Positions 1 through 9,614 of a stretch of DNA of 64,000 bases are shown in pieces. The DNA comes from Nitrosopumilaceae archaeon. GTDB taxonomy: Archaea > Thermoproteota > Nitrososphaeria > Nitrososphaerales > Nitrosopumilaceae. The position numbers and the translations under genes were made by a program. A model generated the notes under the pieces. The model was not told the DNA's origin. It searched no databases and saw nothing but the letters and a program-made list of their open reading frames with translations. The stretch spans positions 1,664,001-1,728,000 of the forward strand of contig OZ242365.1 in NCBI GenBank assembly GCA_965208905.1, written 5' to 3'. Position 1 is the first letter of the stretch; each line of letters starts with the position of its first letter.

Positions 1-185
1 ATTATGGTCCGTAGCGAATTGGTTTGGTTGGACACGACCAGGTTCGTTTCTATCCACATAACTATCCAATAACATCGTTAGATAGATTTCAATTGGTAGG
101 GGTTTTTGTCAGCGAAAATACACGGTATCACACCTTCGTCTGCACTTTCCCAGGCACGTGAGGCCACAATTTCTCCCCCACCCCG

Positions 186-248
186 CAATTCTCCCCTTAA
201 AAGGGACCGATACGTATCATGGCATGCGACTCGATATGTGCCGCGCGG
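186..248 (+). repeat. 63-bp promoter plus short-ORF module, with an inverted copy at 28779-28841
   Basis: caattctccccttaaaagggaccgatacgtatcatggcatgcgactcgatatgtgccgcgcgg matches the reverse complement of 28779-28841 with ~6 mismatches. Confidence 0.85.
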
Positions 249-519
249 TGGGTGATTGGTGATGGGCCGGCATGGCACGTGTGATAAGGGATGTGAGTTT
301 GGTTTTTGGTGCGAGTTCTGCGATGGTGATATGCCAGAAGATGAAGATTGGGGGGATGAATGATGAGTAATGGTGGAAATATGCGTAAAATCGCTAAACA
401 GAATAAAAAGAAAGACAAGGTTAAGCAGAAATATAGTAGAGTTAACAATGTAGTGCCTGGTACGGGGAAACGGGGAAGGAAGCGTAAGCGAAAAGCCGTA
501 GTGGGGAAGAGGATCTAAT

Positions 520-720
520 ATGAGATTGGGTGTATGGTGTATGGAGCATAAGGCAGAGTACTATTCTGTCTGGTGTGGGTTCGATTCCCACTATATCCAC
601 TTGGGCGCATGGTGTACGGTTGCACGATCTGACTCGGCTGTGTTAGATATGTTTGGGTTCGATTCCCGATGCGCCCATCATGACTTACTTGATGATAAAG
701 GTTGGGGCGATGACGCATGA
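520..720 (+). CDS. Small hypothetical protein (Cys/His-containing)
   Basis: ATG ORF with ATGA overlap to the next ORF. Confidence 0.5.
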   Translation: MRLGVWCMEHKAEYYSVWCGFDSHYIHLGAWCTVARSDSAVLDMFGFDSRCAHHDLLDDKGWGDDA

Positions 721-944
721 TGTGCCCTCTCCGTGATGCAGAAATACAATGTGTGTGGTGTGAGGATACCACAAGCATAACTCTATTCGTACACAGGGCA
801 GATGACAACCGACAGTGGAGAGTAGGTAGTAAGTTTCATCGTACTGATGGAGAGGATGATGAGTGTGCTCCATGCCCACACTGCAAATGTTCGCAATTTC
901 GGATTGTACGGTGGTTGGGAAAGGTGTATGAGGGGGCATACTAA
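717..944 (+). CDS. Small Zn-ribbon protein
   Basis: CVWC and CPHC pairs; coupled to neighbours. Confidence 0.6.
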   Translation: MMCPLRDAEIQCVWCEDTTSITLFVHRADDNRQWRVGSKFHRTDGEDDECAPCPHCKCSQFRIVRWLGKVYEGAY

Positions 945-1224
945 TGTACAATCCCAAAAAATACAAGAAGTGCCCACTATGCGGTAAATTTGTGAAAAAG
1001 GATGGGCGATGCAAAGATGTCTTTTATGATGATGTAAGTGGGATGTGGGAGCATCTATGAAATGTGTACAAAAGTCTAGGCGGAGTATAAAAAATGAGAA
1101 ATGAACGACACTGCCAATGTACAAGTAACATGGACGAAACATGCAATTCGCCAAACTACCATAACCGTAAAAAGAAAGTACTGCCGCCCAGTCCAAGGCG
1201 GTGTGGTTATTTTAGGGGGGTTGA

Positions 1225-1560
1225 ATGATGGGACGTAACGGTAAATCAACACTGTCTAGGAAGGATTTACTCAATAAGTATGGGATAAGTTACAAAGATG
1301 TTACAAATCTGGCGGCTAAAATACGTCTTCATTGGAGTTTGTCTTACCAATTTTATAACCCAGTTGTTGGTGGCAGGAGAGTTGGTTCTAAATTACAGTT
1401 AGATATATTGGCTGACATACCAGATCATAATTCTTCATTCAGTTTCTTATTTTCGTTAAGAGGTAAAGAATCACCGAACGTGATGTCAACGTATCGCACT
1501 AGGTTATATGAGATGTTGAGTGATATGGATGATCGACTTATGGAGGTATTGTCAAGATGA
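1225..1560 (+). CDS. Hypothetical protein
   Basis: 111-aa ORF in a co-directional run of small genes. Confidence 0.55.
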   Translation: MMGRNGKSTLSRKDLLNKYGISYKDVTNLAAKIRLHWSLSYQFYNPVVGGRRVGSKLQLDILADIPDHNSSFSFLFSLRGKESPNVMSTYRTRLYEMLSDMDDRLMEVLSR

Positions 1561-1774
1561 TACCCGGTTTTGGGTGTGGCGCATGGATAAGGAAATGCTA
1601 GAGCGAAACAATATGCACCCAGAACCCTGGATAAGGTGTACAAAGTGCCAACAAAATGAGTATGTGGTGGCAGAGAAATATGAAAGTAGGATGGATTGTC
1701 ATGACCCAACATATGAAACCAAATACATAGTGCATTGTCTTTGGTGTGGTGAAGAGTTGGGAGGCCACACATAA
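1520..1774 (+). CDS. Small Zn-ribbon protein (start uncertain)
   Basis: CTKC and CLWC motifs; TAATG overlap with the next ORF. Confidence 0.55.
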   Translation: MIWMIDLWRYCQDDTRFWVWRMDKEMLERNNMHPEPWIRCTKCQQNEYVVAEKYESRMDCHDPTYETKYIVHCLWCGEELGGHT

Positions 1775-1998
1775 TGGCAGACCTGGACACAGTAATCAAT
1801 GATCTGTCAAAAGAGATGGCGCGTTATGCACTACATATTGTGGAGCGTGGTCCCTGTATTGTAATAAGACTGTCTGCGGAAGAGCGAAAGAAAGTAGATG
1901 ACATATGCGCAGAGAGTCATGTAACCATACAAGACCACCTAAATGAGTATATCCGAGTTATCTTTCTGGATAGGGAGATATCAGAGGATAAGAAATGA
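1774..1998 (+). CDS. Putative ribbon-helix-helix DNA-binding protein
   Basis: IVIRLSAEERKKVDDICAESHVTIQDHLNEYI has an RHH/CopG-like pattern. Confidence 0.55.
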   Translation: MADLDTVINDLSKEMARYALHIVERGPCIVIRLSAEERKKVDDICAESHVTIQDHLNEYIRVIFLDREISEDKK

Positions 1999-2015
1999 CA
2001 CATTATTGTTCATGC

Positions 2016-2130
2016 TGTGAGGGGCTGGGAAGAAATGCCGACCTAGGGAAAGTGTTGACCCGGACTGGAAACGCTGGTCTTGTACGATCAGGCGTGCGGC
2101 GTCGTACGAGGTCAAAATACTGGGCTGAAA
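2016..2130 (+). repeat. Degenerate copy of the dispersed GGGGCTGGGAAG / GAGTGGAAA repeat family
   Basis: Near-identical to 34519-34558 and similar to 31266-31340. Confidence 0.75.
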
Positions 2131-2190
2131 ATGGGCCAGACCGGCGTCAACCCACATCCACGCTTTTAAACCACCGTTCCGTTGCCCAGC

Positions 2191-3108
2191 ATGGAATGCA
2201 CCCATACAGAGACGGTAACCGACCTTGAGCGTGGTGAGGTCATCTGCAGTATGTGCGGTGAGGTAATTACACACTCGATACCGGATTTGACCCAGCCTGA
2301 TCAACACTATACGTCAGAGGAGTATGCGAAGCACGCACAGAACGGTCCCTCCACGTCATTGGCGATGTATGATAAGGGGCTTTCCACGATTATCGGCTCC
2401 AACCGGGACTCTGCGGGAAATACGCTCCCGGTAGAATCAAAGCACGACTTTACCCGGCTACGCAGGTGGGATTCGCGAAGCAAGTCCCGCTCGACCGCCT
2501 CACTGGGCAAGGCCTTCATACTATTATCTTCGATAAAAACCAAACTAACCATACCGGATCATGTGGTAGAGAGGGCCGCCATAATATACCGCAAGGCAGT
2601 AAGTGCAAAACTCACCCGGGGTAGAACCATATCTTCTCTATTAACAGCATCACTATACATCGCCTGCCGTGAGAGTGGCACGCCCCGCACACTTCTTGAT
2701 CTCTCTACTGCAGCAAACATAGACAAAAGGATACTCTACAGGGACTTGGCTACCATCACCAAGAAGTTCAATATACAGCTGGAACAATACGACACATCCT
2801 CCTTTGTCGTAAAGATATCCAACAACCTAAAACTCACCGAAAGGACCAAGCGTATCGCACTGGACACACTGCTGTATATGCAAGAGAATGCGCATACCTC
2901 CGGCAGGCGTCCGATGGCGTTGGCTGCCGGATTGGTATATGCAGCCGCACTGCTTACCGGAGAGAGTTTGACACAAAAGGCGCTCTCTTGGCATACTGGG
3001 ATCAGTGAGGTGACTTTACGAAAGACATGGAGTGTCATACGGGACCTGCACGGCATACCCGGCATGCCGGTGGCTGAGATGGCCGGCACATCTGCTGCCA
3101 AAAAATAG
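2191..3108 (+). CDS. tfb: Transcription initiation factor IIB paralog 1
   Basis: Zn ribbon (C-x-H...CSMC), DKGLSTIIG linker, two cyclin repeats (RGRTISSLLTASLYIACR); ATG 27 nt from TATA. Confidence 0.95.
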   Translation: MECTHTETVTDLERGEVICSMCGEVITHSIPDLTQPDQHYTSEEYAKHAQNGPSTSLAMYDKGLSTIIGSNRDSAGNTLPVESKHDFTRLRRWDSRSKSRSTASLGKAFILLSSIKTKLTIPDHVVERAAIIYRKAVSAKLTRGRTISSLLTASLYIACRESGTPRTLLDLSTAANIDKRILYRDLATITKKFNIQLEQYDTSSFVVKISNNLKLTERTKRIALDTLLYMQENAHTSGRRPMALAAGLVYAAALLTGESLTQKALSWHTGISEVTLRKTWSVIRDLHGIPGMPVAEMAGTSAAKK

Positions 3109-3228
3109 CACGCTCTTTGTCCTCCCACACTTCAATGGAATAGGACTTTCACCCTTTATCTTGCCTGTAAGCATTCAATGTGAATTCCCATATGGTGTGT
3201 TAAACGGCATGGATGCAAAAAAGACCGC

Positions 3229-4356
3229 ATGAAGGAGTATCATCCAACATGTGTGGAGCTGTGCGCCGGAGCAGGTGGTATGGCATTGGGATTGGAGATG
3301 GCAGGATGGCAGCATATTCTGCTGGTGGAGCGCAACATGGATGCGGCGCGTACCATAAAACAGAACAACCCCCAATGGCCGGTAGTATGCGCGGATCTGA
3401 CGGGCTTGGATGCGGGCCGCATACCACACTGCGACATGGTGTGCGGGGGCCCGCCCTGCCAGCCGTTCTCGACTGCGGGGATGCGCAGAGGCAAGCAAGA
3501 CAAGCGTGATGTGTTTATGCCTGCCCTGAAACTGGCAATATCATTGCGGCCATCAGTCATATTGTTTGAGAATGTGATGGGGCTTTTACACAGACAGCAC
3601 GCGCCATATCGGGCATCTCTGGAGCGTGTTGTGTGTAATGCGGGATATGCCGTGCGTTGGATACGAATAGATTGCTCGGATTACGGGGTACCACAGCGCC
3701 GACGGCGCGTGATATTTGTGGCCGCCCGCATACCCCCGTTGACCGAGTGGCCGCCGCTACCTTCCCGTGTAGACTACCCATCACTGCGCGACACATTGAT
3801 AGCTTCGGGGATGCCACCCTCTATGGTGCCGCGGCAGTTGTCATGTAGTGTGAGTCCTACCATAACAGGTGGGGGACGTAGCTTGAATAACGGCACAAAA
3901 AGCAGAAAGATGTGGGAATCACTAGGTATAGAATCCAATTCACTTGATGTATGCGCCCCAACAATAGTTGGTGGGGGGAACGGTCATGGTACATATAATT
4001 GCGGATCAGACCAGAGGCGCCAATGGGCCCGCCTGGGTGTGGATGCGCGGTCAGCCGAGCTGCTCACACCAACAATAATGGGAGGTCATAGCACATGCGC
4101 CAGATCCAATACGGCCGTTACCACATACCGTATGATGGGTCTGGACCCGCGGTGCGCCGAAGGTGGGGAGCCGCATGAGGGGCTGGTGCGCCTCTCCATG
4201 CGCAATGTGGCCGCCATCCAGGGGTTTCCCACACATTATGAGTTCTCTGGGAAAAAGGGGTCTCAATATCAGCAGATTGGCAATGCATTTCCGGCGCCGG
4301 CGGCCAAGCAGCTGGGTAAGTGGGCCCGGAACCTGCTGTCTTGTCCTAGCCCCTAG
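3229..4356 (+). CDS. C5-cytosine DNA methyltransferase (orphan)
   Basis: LCAGAGG, GGPPCQPFS, FENV, QRRRR, QGFP and YQQIGNA motifs. Confidence 0.95.
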   Translation: MKEYHPTCVELCAGAGGMALGLEMAGWQHILLVERNMDAARTIKQNNPQWPVVCADLTGLDAGRIPHCDMVCGGPPCQPFSTAGMRRGKQDKRDVFMPALKLAISLRPSVILFENVMGLLHRQHAPYRASLERVVCNAGYAVRWIRIDCSDYGVPQRRRRVIFVAARIPPLTEWPPLPSRVDYPSLRDTLIASGMPPSMVPRQLSCSVSPTITGGGRSLNNGTKSRKMWESLGIESNSLDVCAPTIVGGGNGHGTYNCGSDQRRQWARLGVDARSAELLTPTIMGGHSTCARSNTAVTTYRMMGLDPRCAEGGEPHEGLVRLSMRNVAAIQGFPTHYEFSGKKGSQYQQIGNAFPAPAAKQLGKWARNLLSCPSP

Positions 4357-5275
4357 GCTTCCTGTATTTAGTGGGATGTATTGCATTGCATCCCGGACAC
4401 AGGTGGTTCCGTTCCACCCACCGACATCCCGGCACCTTGTATTGTACAGCACGTATCTGTCGTACCTGGTATTTTGTTATCCGGGGATTAAAGTCGGGGG
4501 CGCCGGTGAACATGTCGTTTATTGTATCATCATCAAGGCCGGTATGTATCGCATATGTGGCTACCAACAGACGCCCCGAATGAGACAGATTCTCACCCCT
4601 GTTCATCGTTGCGCGGGCCTGTGCCACACACGGAGGCTCATCGCCAACATCTATCATGGGCGCCTGCTGCTCACACCATTGTTGTACGTCTGACGGCACC
4701 TGTACTGTATCCGGCATGTTCTGTATGTTCATTATGCGGTTTCTTATGTATGCGGCAGCCGAGTCCCGTATCAGACGCACGTAGTCGCGTTTGCCCAGAT
4801 GCACGAGTCCGCCGTACACGTCCTGGTTTACCAGCTTCCATGATACACCAAGTCCAACGGCCAGATGTATGTAGTCGGGAACGGGTATCGTGTATAGGGC
4901 GCCGTCCCTGCCCGGCTTTATGCCAGCCACCTCCCCGAATACCGCGCCGGTCAGCTGCGCATCATCATACATTAAATGCGAGGCATATACGGCCTCGTTA
5001 TGCGCAAACCTTCCCACCAGGCGCCTGTTTCCCGTCTTTTTGCACATCATGGCCGCCACCAAAAATGACAGGGTGCCCTCGGGTTCCATATACTTGTGAT
5101 TATACATTATGCTGCTTATCGGGAGGCCTTTACTCCATGCATCCCACCGTGCAGTGGCCGGGTGCATCCCGTCCAGAGCGGCGCGTATCCTGTCCGCCCC
5201 CGTCCTTAGGGACTCTTTGGGTATGTCCTGCATGTTGCGTACATGCTCGGCGGCCTCGGGCATCCAGTGTATCAT
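4346..5275 (-). CDS. priL: DNA primase large subunit-like protein
   Basis: WKLVNQDVYGGLV, PPCV, NLSHSGR, APDFNPRITKYQ and C-terminal Cys cluster typical of PriL. Confidence 0.85.
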   Translation of the reverse strand: MIHWMPEAAEHVRNMQDIPKESLRTGADRIRAALDGMHPATARWDAWSKGLPISSIMYNHKYMEPEGTLSFLVAAMMCKKTGNRRLVGRFAHNEAVYASHLMYDDAQLTGAVFGEVAGIKPGRDGALYTIPVPDYIHLAVGLGVSWKLVNQDVYGGLVHLGKRDYVRLIRDSAAAYIRNRIMNIQNMPDTVQVPSDVQQWCEQQAPMIDVGDEPPCVAQARATMNRGENLSHSGRLLVATYAIHTGLDDDTINDMFTGAPDFNPRITKYQVRQIRAVQYKVPGCRWVERNHLCPGCNAIHPTKYRKPRG

Positions 5276-5375
5276 GCTGTTTTACTCATCCATATCTTAA
5301 AAGGGGAAATGTTCAGTCCAGCCGTCATCTACAGAAACGCGGTAGTCAGGGATGCGCAGCAAAAGCACGGCAGCG

Positions 5376-6110
5376 CTAAAACTCTTGGACTATCTTTGGT
5401 TTGGGATACTCATCATATATGCGGCCATCAATCATGCGGCCACCACTATTTGGGCGTATCCCACCCCACTGCTTGAAGAATACGGGTACGTTCTGCTCCC
5501 TGCACTGACGTATTATGTTTAGAATCCATTCCTTCCGTACCGGCCTGTAGTGTGCACCACTCTCGCCGCCTATGATGCACCAATGTATGCCGCTCAGGTC
5601 TAACTCCCCCACGTCTCCCAGTAGTGGCTCGAAACTAATGAACCGTACATGGCAGTTTACATTGCGCAGCTCATCCAGGCGGTGCATGTTGTCTGCATTC
5701 TCTATACTCGTACCCATCCATATGTGGGGCGGTATTATGTGCGCATTTGACCATTCCGCCATTATGTGGGGTCGCTTTGTCAGTATCTGGTATGTGTGCC
5801 AGTCGGCCTCACACATCACGTCAAAGACCTTCTCCAAAAAGCCCGGCGTCGCCCTTCCGTAAAACAGATCAGACATCGAATTGACAAATATCATACGTGG
5901 CTTCCTCCAGCGCAGTGGTATGTCCAGCGCGTCCTCGTGCTCCGTGTATCTAAACTCATTACGATACTTCTTTAGTCCCTGCGCATGCAGACGTTTTGCC
6001 ATTGTTTCCGCATAGCAGTTCCTACAGCCCTCGGATACCTTTGCGCAACCGGTGGTCGGATTCCAGGTGGCCTCGGTCCACTCTATGCCTGTCATCGTCT
6101 CCTCCTGCAC
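5376..6110 (-). CDS. DUF5131 (phage Gp37/Gp68) three-Cys radical-SAM-like protein, copy 1
   Basis: IEWTEATWNPTTGCAKVSEGCRNCYA, FVNSMSDLF, GGESG, FFKQWGG. Confidence 0.93.
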   Translation of the reverse strand: MQEETMTGIEWTEATWNPTTGCAKVSEGCRNCYAETMAKRLHAQGLKKYRNEFRYTEHEDALDIPLRWRKPRMIFVNSMSDLFYGRATPGFLEKVFDVMCEADWHTYQILTKRPHIMAEWSNAHIIPPHIWMGTSIENADNMHRLDELRNVNCHVRFISFEPLLGDVGELDLSGIHWCIIGGESGAHYRPVRKEWILNIIRQCREQNVPVFFKQWGGIRPNSGGRMIDGRIYDEYPKPKIVQEF

Positions 6111-6916
6111 ATCAGGTGCTGAAGGTCGGGGAACATTTCCAGTATATCTCGGATCCTGCTGCGGACTGTTGCGGCGGTGACTCCGGCACTCTCGGCCAGT
6201 TCACCCTGTGTTATGTTGATGCCTGTCTCACATGCGGCCAGATATATTGAAGCGGCGGCCATTCCCACCTGGCTCCTGCCGGCCGTAATCCTACTGTCAT
6301 GCGCATGATACAGTATGTTTATCGCCCGGCGCTTGGTCTTTTCGGGTAGATTCATTGTGTTGCATATGCGCGTTACATACGGGGCCGGGTCACACTGTTG
6401 TATCCGTATATCCAGTCGTGCAACAATCTGTTTGTATGTCCTATACACCACCTTCTCCTTTGTATTTGATACAGTTATGATGTCTGATACGGTGCGGGTT
6501 ATGCCGCTCTCCCTGCACGCTATGTACAGCGCCGCGGATGCCACTGTTCGCCCGACTGTTATCTTTTTGTCTGCGGCCTGCCGGTATATTGTGGCGGCCC
6601 ACTCCACCACATGATCCGGAATCCCGAGTTTCCCCTTTACTGTGTGTAGTAGTGTGAGCGGTTTGAGCATCTTGGCATCCATTTTGCTCCGTGAATCCCA
6701 TTTGCGCATACGGTTAAAGTCGTGTTTTGATTTTGGTGAAAGTTCCCTACCTGCCGAGTCCCTGTTTATACCCATGGTCGCCGACAAGCCCCGGTCATAC
6801 GTTACAATGGGCGTAGATTGTGCAGGAAGAGAATCGGATATTACCTCGCCGCACGTACTGCAGATGACCTCACCACGCTCAAGGTCGGTTACCGTCTCTG
6901 TGTGGGTGCATTCCAT
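6092..6916 (-). CDS. tfb: Transcription initiation factor IIB paralog 2
   Basis: Zn ribbon plus two cyclin repeats; start moved to ATG 6916 (28 nt from TATA, N-terminus nearly identical to paralog 1). Confidence 0.93.
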   Translation of the reverse strand: MECTHTETVTDLERGEVICSTCGEVISDSLPAQSTPIVTYDRGLSATMGINRDSAGRELSPKSKHDFNRMRKWDSRSKMDAKMLKPLTLLHTVKGKLGIPDHVVEWAATIYRQAADKKITVGRTVASAALYIACRESGITRTVSDIITVSNTKEKVVYRTYKQIVARLDIRIQQCDPAPYVTRICNTMNLPEKTKRRAINILYHAHDSRITAGRSQVGMAAASIYLAACETGINITQGELAESAGVTAATVRSRIRDILEMFPDLQHLMCRRRR

Positions 6917-7014
6917 GCCGTGCAACGGAACGGTTGCATAAAAAGGCGGATATGGGTTGGGAATAAGTAGGGCGGGTCTATTTCCACCGCAGACGTACAA
7001 TTACACGATTCTTC

Positions 7015-7278
7015 CTAGACGATGATGGCATCTTTGAGATATGGGTATATGCGGGAATAATGTTTCTGGAGGGCTTCAACCTCTTTGCGTGAGGCATCTG
7101 TTCCCTCGGCGGCTATGATATCCACTAACTTGCGTACAGCCTCGCGGCGGAACTCTGTCGGGTCAGACAGGCCACGTTCTCTTATCCTCCACTCCATCCG
7201 ATTTATAATAAAGCGGGCACGTGAATCGTAGTCTGTATCATCACCCCAAAGTATATCCAAAATGCGGGACCACATCAT
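7015..7278 (-). CDS. Hypothetical protein
   Basis: ATGA-coupled to the upstream exonuclease gene. Confidence 0.6.
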   Translation of the reverse strand: MMWSRILDILWGDDTDYDSRARFIINRMEWRIRERGLSDPTEFRREAVRKLVDIIAAEGTDASRKEVEALQKHYSRIYPYLKDAIIV

Positions 7279-7805
7279 GATCTACTCATAATAAAATCCC
7301 GATGGGTTAGTGGTAGTCGCTCCAACAACCACATGTAAAAATCACAGAACGCCGCAGCCTCCCGTTCGACATATTCCACTATGGCATGGTACTGGCCAGT
7401 GCTGTACCACTTCGGTATTGGACTGCCGCTGTGTGGCTTTCCCGACATACGGTCCAGACCTGAACCACGAAACTCACCACGATTCATCAGTATGGCCGTA
7501 TGGTGGAGGTCTATATGTGGAAGATCTATTATGTTGATACCCAACCGATGGTATAGGAATTTGCTCTCAAATCCCAGGTTGTAGCCCACCGGTATAAACC
7601 GAAATGCCTCTTGTAGATCTATCCTGGTAGCGCGGACAAACTCCTCCAGTATGTCATATTCACTTGACTCCCATGATTTTAGTATGCGCAGGTCGCCTAT
7701 CGGCCTGCCGGTATATCTCTCCAACTCCTGATACTGTATAGTGATTATGGAGTGCACATCAGGCTCAAGACCGGTCGTCTCTATGTCAAAATAGTAACTC
7801 CCCAT
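7275..7805 (-). CDS. DnaQ/RNase H-like 3'-5' exonuclease domain protein
   Basis: YFDIETTGL, VGYNLGFE and HIDL motifs; own promoter 28 nt upstream. Confidence 0.8.
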   Translation of the reverse strand: MGSYYFDIETTGLEPDVHSIITIQYQELERYTGRPIGDLRILKSWESSEYDILEEFVRATRIDLQEAFRFIPVGYNLGFESKFLYHRLGINIIDLPHIDLHHTAILMNRGEFRGSGLDRMSGKPHSGSPIPKWYSTGQYHAIVEYVEREAAAFCDFYMWLLERLPLTHRDFIMSRS

Positions 7806-8005
7806 ACAGTATTTACAGATCCGTCGCTTTTAAGGGGGGAATCTATGCGCGGGCGCCAGGACACGGCAACTCACATAATTCCCGGTTACGGCGACCGGAC
7901 CCGCCGGTAGTATTGTTCGGGCTCCACACGGCATGTGGGCGAGTCCACGGTATATGCGGTAGCAGTACACCTAATCCTTATATACTATAACAGCATATAT
8001 AGTGT

Positions 8006-8776
8006 ATGAACACAAAAAATGCAAACCAGACACTGATAGCAGTGGCTGATGAATTTACCAACAGCGATCGCATACCAGAATACATGGCCGATGCACTGAT
8101 AAGATGTCCCGATGTACCATGCTCCAATTGGAGTCTGGGCAACCAGATACTGATGCAGATTGGCGGACCGACTGCGGACGCCCGCGGCTACAGGCAATGG
8201 CAGGCAGCAGGCCGCCATGTCAAGAAGGGCAGCAGAGCACGCTACATACTGACTCCGATAATAAAGAAGCGCAGGGACAAAAACGACGAGGAGAGGATGA
8301 TAACCGTCGGGTTTAAGACCGTGCCGGTGTTCGCCGTACAGGACACCGATGGCGCACCCGTACCGAAGTTTGAGCCAAAAGTCATACCACCACTTGCGCA
8401 GCTGGCCAAAATAACATACAGAAACAGCACCGATGGTGAAGCGGGAGCATACTATCCTACTACAGACGAGATAGCCCTGTGCAGCGAAGATCCATCCGTA
8501 TTCTTCCACGAGTTGACGCATATGTATGACAACAAGTCCCATGAGAAGACGGGAACCGGCCAGGAGCCCATCCGCGAGATGGTAGCAGAACTGGGCGCGA
8601 CCGTACTGTGCAGGATGTATGATGTCAAGACCCGCGACTCAAACCACATGGCATACATAGCACACTACGCGGGAGCAAAGACCCCCGCAGAGGTTGGCGC
8701 GGCGTGCATGAAGGTGGCCGAGCGCGTGATGAAGGCAATACAACTAATATTGGCTGATGCTGCAAAACTCGCATAA
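8006..8776 (+). CDS. ardC: ArdC-like antirestriction protein (ssDNA-binding plus zincin domain)
   Basis: NWSLGNQIL, RGYRQWQAAGRHVKKGS, VPVFAVQDTDG, HELTH, EMVAELGA. Confidence 0.8.
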   Translation: MNTKNANQTLIAVADEFTNSDRIPEYMADALIRCPDVPCSNWSLGNQILMQIGGPTADARGYRQWQAAGRHVKKGSRARYILTPIIKKRRDKNDEERMITVGFKTVPVFAVQDTDGAPVPKFEPKVIPPLAQLAKITYRNSTDGEAGAYYPTTDEIALCSEDPSVFFHELTHMYDNKSHEKTGTGQEPIREMVAELGATVLCRMYDVKTRDSNHMAYIAHYAGAKTPAEVGAACMKVAERVMKAIQLILADAAKLA

Positions 8777-8831
8777 ATTTTTCCCTCTTTTTCATTTTAT
8801 TCCTTTTACGGCGCCGATGCTATACCAACCC

Positions 8832-8903
8832 AGCAGGGTAGGGAAGCAGCATCCCGGCGGGCCCATAACCCGCAGACCGGTGGTTCAAATCCGCCCCCTG
8901 CTA
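8832..8903 (+). tRNA. tRNA-Met(CAT), initiator type, atypical (C33, short D-loop)
   Basis: Cloverleaf AGCAGGG/CCCTGCT with A1:U72, GGGA/TCCC, GCGGG-CCCATAA-CCCGC, GGTGG-TTCAAAT-CCGCC; TATA 28 nt upstream. Confidence 0.88.
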
Positions 8904-8996
8904 CTAACTTAAAAAATGCAGAATTTGGTCTGTAGAGTACATTTACGGGTTCTTATGCAGATACGGCTCTTGGACAAACATGGGTGCTATACGTAA

Positions 8997-9476
8997 TCAA
9001 ACATAATCTAGTAATGTTTTCGTGTATATTGCGCGGAGCCCCTCATCCCTCTTCTGTTGCGCAATCTTGCGCATATCACACCTTGTTTTTACTATATGGC
9101 AGTCTTTGCACAACACACGGTGGTTATTCGCATCCCACATGGACCCACCAAGTTTGAGCGCCTCAATATGATCCACCTCCAAATATTCCTTCGCGCCACA
9201 TATCACACATGACGCATTATGTGTTAGAACACTACGGTACCAACTCCAGTAGGGCGAGATACAGTCATACATGTAGGCGTGTTTGCCGCAGCAGTACTTG
9301 CGGTATCGCGGCTCGAACTCCTCGCGGGGCTTGCCGCACCAGCATAGGCCGTGCTGCATATTCAGCACCATCCAAAATGGTGGTGGTCGTCTGTCATCAC
9401 GTGTTGTGCCCGGCACATACTTGTTAGCACCATACCCAACCTGTGCATAATACCAACGGTAGTAGCCTGCCTGCAT
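8997..9476 (-). CDS. HNH endonuclease
   Basis: CVICG...EVDHIEALKLGG...NHRVLCKDCH; start ATG 9476 from promoter spacing. Confidence 0.88.
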   Translation of the reverse strand: MQAGYYRWYYAQVGYGANKYVPGTTRDDRRPPPFWMVLNMQHGLCWCGKPREEFEPRYRKYCCGKHAYMYDCISPYWSWYRSVLTHNASCVICGAKEYLEVDHIEALKLGGSMWDANNHRVLCKDCHIVKTRCDMRKIAQQKRDEGLRAIYTKTLLDYV

Positions 9477-9614
9477 GCGTATGACACATACCACTGACGT
9501 TAAAGGGAGGTTATAGGTTAGAACTGGCGCATCCAGGTGTCTGGGGCATGGTGGTGCTGGTGACTAAGTTTGGATACAACAGCCTATTGTACAGCAGATA
9601 TTGGCGGCGAACCA

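Noticed and set aside
1995-2228. 77-aa ORF
   Set aside because: Runs through a non-coding dispersed repeat and the tfb promoter
4321-4329. TGGGCCCGG as the second att site of tRNA-Ile
   Set aside because: Only 9 bp, inside the methylase gene; expected by chance
4522-5379. Long antisense ORFs (also 21336-22286, 15636-16502, 57318-58088, 31928-32623)
   Set aside because: Shadows of well-supported genes, with no motifs or promoters
7840-7975. Possible structured RNA between divergent genes
   Set aside because: GC-rich, but I could not build a convincing fold or match a family
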